NCBI GenBank assembly: GCA_047605445.1
Contig: JASGFP010000002.1
Coordinates: forward strand, 25,483 to 89,482
Source: Rhodoblastus sp.
GTDB taxonomy: Bacteria > Pseudomonadota > Alphaproteobacteria > Rhizobiales > Beijerinckiaceae
Direction: 5' to 3'
DNA length: 64,000 nt
Both the position numbers and the translations under genes were made by a program. Of the stretch, positions 9,567-15,900 are shown in pieces (within the stretch, counting starts at the first letter, position 1; each line of letters opens with the position of its first letter). Under the pieces are notes generated by a model. That model was given only the letters and a program-made list of their open reading frames with translations. It did not search any database and was not told where the DNA came from.

Positions 9567-11197
9567 TGAGGCCGAATTTGAAGCTCGTGGACAGAACGGA
9601 CGAGACGACCGACGTGAACGACGTCGCGACCGTCGCCGCGCCGCAGCGCTCGCTTCTGCGCTTCATCACCTGCGGTTCGGTCGACGACGGCAAGTCGACG
9701 CTGCTCGGCCGCCTGCTGTTCGAGACTGGCTCGGTGTTCGACGATCAGCTCGAGGCGTTGAATCGCGACAGCGCGCGCTTCGGCACGACCGGCGAGGATG
9801 TCGATTTCGCGCTTCTCGTCGACGGCCTGTCGGCGGAGCGCGAACAGGGCATCACCATCGACGTCGCCTATCGCTATTTCCAGACGGGCAACCGCGCCTT
9901 CATCGCCGCCGACACGCCCGGCCACGAACAATATACGCGCAACATGGCGACCGGCGCCTCGACCGCCGACGTCGCGATCATTCTCGTCGACGCGCGCAAG
10001 GGGATCCTGCCGCAGACGCGCCGCCATTCGTATATCGTCTCCATGCTCGGCGTGCGGCGCGTCATCGTCGCCGTCAACAAGATCGATCTCGTCGGCTACG
10101 ACGAGAAGGTCTTCCGCAAGATCGAGGAAGATTACAGCGTGCTGGCGGCGCGCCTCGGCTTCGTCGAGACGGACATCATCCCGGTGTCGGCCCGTTACGG
10201 CGACAATGTCGTTTCGCAATCTCCCAACATGCCCTGGCGCAGGGGACGGACGCTGCTCGAACTGCTCGAGACGATCGAGGCCGCGCCAGCGGGCGATTCC
10301 GAGTTCCGACTGCCCGTGCAATGGGTCAACCGGCCGAACCTCGATTTCCGTGGCTTCTCGGGCACGATCGCCTCGGGAGAAATCTCCGTCGGCGACGCTA
10401 TCGTCGCGCTGCCGCGCGGCAAGACTTCCCGAGTGTCCGGCATTCTGGGGCCCTCGGGTCCGCAGGAGAGCGCCGGCGCGGGTGAAGCGGTCACCGTCAC
10501 GTTGTTCGACGAAATCGACATTTCGCGCGGCGATGTGATCCTCAGCGCCGGGTCGCGCGTGCGTCCGCGCCGCCAGATCGACGCGCGCCTGCTGGCGCTG
10601 ACAGAGACGCCGGTGACGCCGGGCCGCAATTATCTCGTCAAGATCGGAACGGCGGTCGCCGCCGCGCGGATCGTCGCGCTGCACCACGCCATCGACGTCC
10701 ACACTTACGAACCGGCGCCCGCCGCAAACCTGCCGATGAACGGCATCGGACTGGCGACGGTGCGCTTCGAGACCGACATCGTCGCCGCCAATTACGCCGC
10801 CTGCCAGTCGCTCGGCGGATTTCTGGTGATCGACCCGCATACCAACGACACGGTCGCGCTCGGCGTGATCGAGCCGCATGTCGATCACGACGCCGAAGCG
10901 CACGACGCGGGCGAGCACGTCCTCGCCACGCTCGAGAGCATTGGCGTGATCGAGCACGATGCGACGCCGGACGACCTGCGCCGACGCGCGATCGAAATCG
11001 CCGCCGGCGCCGCGCTCACGGGCGTCATCGCATTCGCGATCACATGGCGCTTCTGGCTCTCGCTCGCGGCGGTCGGGGCGGATATAGTGCTGCGGCCAGC
11101 GCTCGGGGTAGCCCTGCGCGGCGTCCGCTCCTGGTTGGCGACGCGGCGCAAAGCCAGAGCCGAGTCCGCGCTGACGACCGACGGCGGCGGCATCTGA
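9566..11197 (+). CDS. cysN: sulfate adenylyltransferase subunit 1 (GTPase) with hydrophobic C-terminal extension
   Basis: The ATG overlaps the cysD stop (TGATG). GTPase motifs GSVDDGKST, DTPGHEQY and NKID are present. The last ~100 aa are not CysC and contain two hydrophobic helices. Confidence 0.9.
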   Translation: MRPNLKLVDRTDETTDVNDVATVAAPQRSLLRFITCGSVDDGKSTLLGRLLFETGSVFDDQLEALNRDSARFGTTGEDVDFALLVDGLSAEREQGITIDVAYRYFQTGNRAFIAADTPGHEQYTRNMATGASTADVAIILVDARKGILPQTRRHSYIVSMLGVRRVIVAVNKIDLVGYDEKVFRKIEEDYSVLAARLGFVETDIIPVSARYGDNVVSQSPNMPWRRGRTLLELLETIEAAPAGDSEFRLPVQWVNRPNLDFRGFSGTIASGEISVGDAIVALPRGKTSRVSGILGPSGPQESAGAGEAVTVTLFDEIDISRGDVILSAGSRVRPRRQIDARLLALTETPVTPGRNYLVKIGTAVAAARIVALHHAIDVHTYEPAPAANLPMNGIGLATVRFETDIVAANYAACQSLGGFLVIDPHTNDTVALGVIEPHVDHDAEAHDAGEHVLATLESIGVIEHDATPDDLRRRAIEIAAGAALTGVIAFAITWRFWLSLAAVGADIVLRPALGVALRGVRSWLATRRKARAESALTTDGGGI

Positions 11198-11224
11198 CGT
11201 GACCCCGGCCGGCGATCCGGAACT

Positions 11225-12001
11225 ATGATGATCGATCCGCTCTATTCGCTGTCGGGCGCCGTCGTCGGCCTGATCGTCGGGCTCACGGGCGTCGGCGGCG
11301 GCTCTCTGATGACGCCGCTGCTCGTTCTGCTGTTCGGCGTGCATCCGGCGACGGCGGTCGGGACCGACCTGCTCTATGCGGCCATCACCAAGGGCGCCGG
11401 CACCTTCGTGCACGGGTCGCGGCGGAACGTGGACTGGCGCGTCGTTCGGCTGCTTGCGGCAGGCAGCGTGCCGGCGGCGACGGCGACTTTGCTGGCCATG
11501 TCCTGGAGCGGAACCGCTTCCGCGCAGGTGACGAAGCTCATCGGCGCCGCGCTCGGCGTGGCGCTGCTGCTGACCGCCCTGTCGATCGTCTTCCGGCCCT
11601 GGCTGCTGAAAGTTCGCGGTGAGCGGCCGCCTATGCCGCAGCGCCAGCTGGACTGGACGACTTTCGCCGTCGGCGTGACGCTCGGCGTGCTGGTGTCGAT
11701 GTCCTCGGTCGGCGCGGGCGCGCTTGGCGTGACCGTCCTTCTGATGCTCTATCCGGCGACGCCCGTTGTTCGCATCATCGGCACGGATATCGCCCATGCA
11801 GTCCCCCTGACCTTCGTCGCCGGCGCGGGCCATTGGCTGATCGGGTCGGTCGACGTGCACATGCTGCTGTCGCTGCTGCTGGGCTCGATCCCGGGAATCG
11901 TCATCGGCAGCCGGCTGGCGCCGCTCGTGCATGAACGATTTCTGCGCATGTTGCTCGCGGCCGTGCTCGCCCTCGTCGGGTTCAAACTGCTGGCGGTCTA
12001 G
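11225..12001 (+). CDS. TauE/SafE-family sulfite/anion exporter-like membrane protein
   Basis: 258 aa with 7-8 TM segments. Repeated G-x-G-G-G motif (LTGVGGGSLMTPLL, SSVGAGALGV) typical of TauE/SafE. Last gene of the cys operon. Confidence 0.8.
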   Translation: MMIDPLYSLSGAVVGLIVGLTGVGGGSLMTPLLVLLFGVHPATAVGTDLLYAAITKGAGTFVHGSRRNVDWRVVRLLAAGSVPAATATLLAMSWSGTASAQVTKLIGAALGVALLLTALSIVFRPWLLKVRGERPPMPQRQLDWTTFAVGVTLGVLVSMSSVGAGALGVTVLLMLYPATPVVRIIGTDIAHAVPLTFVAGAGHWLIGSVDVHMLLSLLLGSIPGIVIGSRLAPLVHERFLRMLLAAVLALVGFKLLAV

Positions 12002-12117
12002 GCGCCCGCGGCCGCACGGCCTGCCTTCTGGCGCTGCCGCTATCCGAAATACCGGCTTCCACATTCGGATCGCGGACTCTAGTCTTGGGGCGAGGCCATC
12101 GGAAGAACGGATGGGGC

Positions 12118-12819
12118 ATGGTCGTTCTCGTCAATTCGGGGCCGCGCGCGCCCGCCATCGACAAGGCTGCCGTACTTCGGCAGCACGAATTGTTTTGCGA
12201 GATCGACAAGGAGTCCTGCGACCAGATCGCGGCTTACGCCAAGGTTCGCGAGTTCCGGCGCGACGCCACGATCTTCTCGAAAGGCGACCCCGGCTTCTGC
12301 CTGTTCGCGGTGGTGCGCGGAAGCGTCCTCGTCACCACCTCGTCCAGCGAAGGCAAATGCGCCGTCCTCAATCAGTTCGACACGGGCGATGTCTTCGGCG
12401 AGATCGCCTTGCTGGACGGCCGCCCGCGCACCGGCGACGCGACGGCGCTCGTCGATTGTTCGTTGCTTGCGCTGGAGCGGCGCGACTTTCTTCCGATCCT
12501 CACGAAGAAGCCGGAGATCGCCATCAAGCTTCTTGAAATTCTATCCGGCCGGCTGCGTCGCACGACTGAGCAGGTCGAGGAGCTGATGTTCATGGATCTG
12601 CGCGGACGCCTGGCGAAGACGCTGCTGCGGCTGACGGACGGCGCTGCGAGCCGGTCCGCCGAATTGTCGCAGAGCGAATTGAGCCAGCGCGTCGGCATGT
12701 CGCGCGAGATGATCAATCGTCAGCTCCAGGTGTGGTCGCGCGACAGCGTCATCGAGCTCGCCCGCCGGCGGCTGACGGTGCTGCGGCCGGACGTGCTGGC
12801 CGAAATCGCGTCCCGCTGA
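12118..12819 (+). CDS. Crp/Fnr-family transcriptional regulator (cNMP-binding domain + HTH)
   Basis: Phosphate-binding-cassette-like FGEIALLDGRPRTGDATA and C-terminal HTH SQSELSQRVGMSREMINRQL with a CRP-type R-E-x-x-x-R recognition helix. No N-terminal Cys cluster, so not FNR-like. The first in-frame ATG is 12118; the ORF opens at TTG 12085. Confidence 0.85.
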   Translation: MVVLVNSGPRAPAIDKAAVLRQHELFCEIDKESCDQIAAYAKVREFRRDATIFSKGDPGFCLFAVVRGSVLVTTSSSEGKCAVLNQFDTGDVFGEIALLDGRPRTGDATALVDCSLLALERRDFLPILTKKPEIAIKLLEILSGRLRRTTEQVEELMFMDLRGRLAKTLLRLTDGAASRSAELSQSELSQRVGMSREMINRQLQVWSRDSVIELARRRLTVLRPDVLAEIASR

Positions 12820-12839
12820 TCCCTCCCCAAGCCGCCGAC

Positions 12840-12855
12840 AGTGAGGCGCCTCACA
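12840..12855. promoter_or_regulatory. candidate CRP-type operator aGTGA-GGCGCC-TCACa
   Basis: Perfect 14-bp palindrome GTGAGGCGCCTCAC at 12841-12854. It lies in the 123-bp gap between the crp-family gene and the giant ORF, about 95 bp upstream of ATG 12943. It matches the TGTGA-N6-TCACA core. Confidence 0.45.
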
Positions 12856-12942
12856 GTTCAGGCGCCGGTTCGCAAGCCAGTATCGGCGCCATGGCGCGCG
12901 CCGTTTCACGAAGCGCGTGAGGCAAGGATACCGGGGGACTGC

Positions 12943-15900
12943 ATGCGCCGCGATTTGACGATGAAGACGGGCGGGCTCGCCGGAACATCCGATTTCCGAG
13001 TGCTCGCCAAGATCAAGAGCGGCTTCGTGCCGGCGCTGGACGCGGTGACCTACAAGACGCGCGTGAAACGTGTTCTTCGCGCGCTGCACATCGGCCGCTC
13101 GGATTCGCATGAGCACGAATTGTTCCGCGTGCTTTCCGATGCGGTGGAGCGCGTCGGCCGCATCCATTCGGTCGGCATCGTCGTGCTCGAACCCGAGGAC
13201 AAGGTGCTGCTGACCGTCACTTTCGACGGCTCGTGGGAGGCGTACGTCCGCGTAATCTGGCAGAAGGTGACGCGCCTGCTCGACCTCGTGTTCTGCAATA
13301 CCGAGGACTACGTCGTCGGCTACGAGAATTCGTATGAGAAATGGGGCGAGTGGCTGAAGGCCCACCAGAGCGAGGCCGCCTTTCTCTACGCGACTCCCAA
13401 CGTGACAGTGGACGACGTCCGCTATCTCAAGATGGCGGAGCGTGTGCACCGGCGCGCGGCCGCCGACGAGGCGCAACTGATCACGACGCGCATCCGCATT
13501 CCCTCCGCCGAGGATATAGCCACGAAATCGATCTTCGAATTCCGGGGCTCGGTTCCGGGCGACCCGACAAGCGCCGGCTTCGAGCAGAAGATGAATGTGG
13601 AAGACGCCGGAAAGGCGCCATTCCGCCACGGGGTGCGCGTGCTCGCCGGCATACACAGGCTGTCCGACGTCTATCTGCCTGATACCCACGACGGCGACAT
13701 TCTGCTGCGCGCCGCGCACGAACTGCTGCCGGAATTCGTGCCGATGGTGAAGGGGGCGACCTATCAGCTCGGCGTCCAGCGCGCCAAGCGCCGCTTCGAA
13801 GAGGCGGTGCTGTGGATTCAGGGCAAGGTGGACGAACCGCCCGTCCGGCAATCGCTGCCGAACCCGATCCCCGACGCGCCGCCGCTCGCCGATCCCGCCA
13901 ACGTGCAGGGCGGCATTTTGACGTCCTATCCCGACATCGACCACGGCTGCATGCTTCTGCTCCAGTTCCAGTCCGCCGCCGCCGTGGCCGCCTTTCTCGG
14001 TGCGCTGCAGACGACGACGGAAGCCGACACGCTCGCAGCCGGCGCGATCGCCGCCAATGTCGGATTCACGGTTGAAGGGCTGAGGATGGCGGGTCTGACC
14101 GACGACGAACTCCGCGAGTTGCCGGAAGAGTTCGTGCAGGGCATGGCGATGCGTGCGGGCATTCTCGGCGATGTCAGGATCAATCACCCGCAGCGCTGGC
14201 GCCTGCCCGCCGCCAACTGGTCCGAAGGGATAGACGCCGGAGAGCCGGACGACGCGCAAGCGGCGCCGCGTATCGATCTCAACGCCGTGCATGCGATCGT
14301 GCAATTGCGGCGGCGCGCGACGCCCGAGAGCACGGACGAGGATACGCCGACCGCCCGCGCTCCGCTGATGGAGGCGATGCAGAAGCTGACGGCGGCGCAC
14401 GAGGGCGTCATTCCGCTATCGCTGCAATGGATGCACCGGCTGCGCAATGCAAACAAAGTGGTTGAAGAGCACTTCGGCTTCACCGAAGGCAATTCGGAGC
14501 CAGTGCTGAAGAAGACGGACGCGGGCCGACGCTACTCCAACCAGATCCATCTCGGCGAGATGCTCTGCGGCTATCCCAATCTCGCCGATTCCTCCGACTT
14601 CTACAGCGGCGCTTCCGCGCGTATGCATCCGTTGCTCAAGGACGGCAGCTTCCTCGCCATACGCAAGCTGCGGCAGGACGTGGACGCCTTCGATACCACA
14701 TTGCAGGGCGCGGTCGCCGCCGTCAGCGCACAGGGATTCAACCTCGGCCGCGAAGATCTGATGGGCAAGATCCTCGGCCGCTGGCCAGCCGACCACGCGA
14801 AATCGGGGCAGCCGCTGGCGATCGTCATCGGCCCTGACCCGCTGTCGAACGATTTTCACTTCGACAAGGATCCGAATGGCGCGACCTGTCCGCTGCACGC
14901 GCATATCCGACGCACCAACCCGCGCTTCACGCAGCCCGAGGGCGGCCAGCGACCGCCGCGCATCGCGCGCCGCGGCATGTCCTACGGACCGCTGCACAAT
15001 CGCGCCGAGACCGACGAGGGGAAGAGGAAGGCAAGTCTGGCGGCCGAACGCGGCCTCGTGTTCATGGCCTACAACGCCAGCCTCGGAGAGCAATTCGAGG
15101 TTATCCAGAGCTGGATCGCGGGCGGAAACAGCGCCGGCAGCCATTCCGGCGTCAGCGACCCGCTTCTCGGCCTCGCGGAGCCGGGCAAGAAACGCTTCTA
15201 CCGTTTCGAACACGAGGGCAAGGTCGTGCACATGCCGCTCGACGGCGAAGACAAGCTGCATGTCGAGCCAAGGCCGTTCGTGCGCCTCGAATGGGGCGCA
15301 TATCTCTTCACGCCGTCGATCAAGGCGCTCGGCCTGCTGAAAGAGCGCGCGGCCGCGCGCGACGCCAAGCCATTGCTGCCGTGGACGGCGGAAGCCGGCG
15401 AGGAGAAGATCGCCGAATTGTTCGCATATGAGCGCGCCAACGGCGCGGAAGCGGCGCTCGACGCATGGAAGGCTGTTCTCGAGGATCCGGACTTCGCGGC
15501 GGACTACACGAGCGCGTCCGTATGGGCGGCCATTCGGGAAAATCACGGCGGCGTGCTGCGCACGCCCTTCGGCGTGCTTGTCGCGGACAAGGACATGGTC
15601 CGCGACGTCTTTGTCGACAGGGACGAAGCCTTGACCATCACGGGCTACCTGCCGCGCATGCACAGGTCGTTCGGCGTGCTCTATCTCGGGCTCGATCCCA
15701 ACCAGGAAGATCAAGCCTACGAAACGTGGTCGCGCGCGTGCAACGCGGCGATCATGGCGATCGATCCGCATCAGGCGTTTCTGGGCGCCCGCGCGGCCGT
15801 GCTCGACGCGCTGCAGACGCTCGCGGATCAGGAAAAGGCGGATGCGCTCTACGATCGAGAGAAACGCTGGGAGTTGACCGTCGAGTCGCGAGAACTGGTC

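Noticed and set aside
9557-12064. Very long antisense or out-of-frame ORFs. Examples: 9557-12064 minus (835 aa), 5561-7411 minus, 3351-5093 minus, 12541-14400 minus, 14416-16095 minus, 17860-20307 plus, 33592-35154 minus, 35130-36806 minus, 3146-5224 plus.
   Set aside because: They are Arg/Ala/Gly/Pro-rich with no motifs. Each lies opposite or out of frame to an ORF with clear family signatures. They are typical shadow ORFs caused by stop-codon scarcity in high-GC DNA.
12841-12854. The palindrome as a rho-independent terminator of the crp-family gene.
   Set aside because: It is a gapless palindrome, so it would leave only a 5-bp stem with a 4-nt loop, and no U-tract follows. The match to GTGA-N6-TCAC and to the regulator's recognition helix favours an operator.
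12841-12942. GTG 12841 as the start of the giant protein (ORF-track start).
   Set aside because: The 34 extra residues are Arg/Pro/Ala-rich with no function. The GTG lies inside the perfect palindrome. ATG 12943 has a G-rich Shine-Dalgarno sequence. The longer start cannot be fully excluded.
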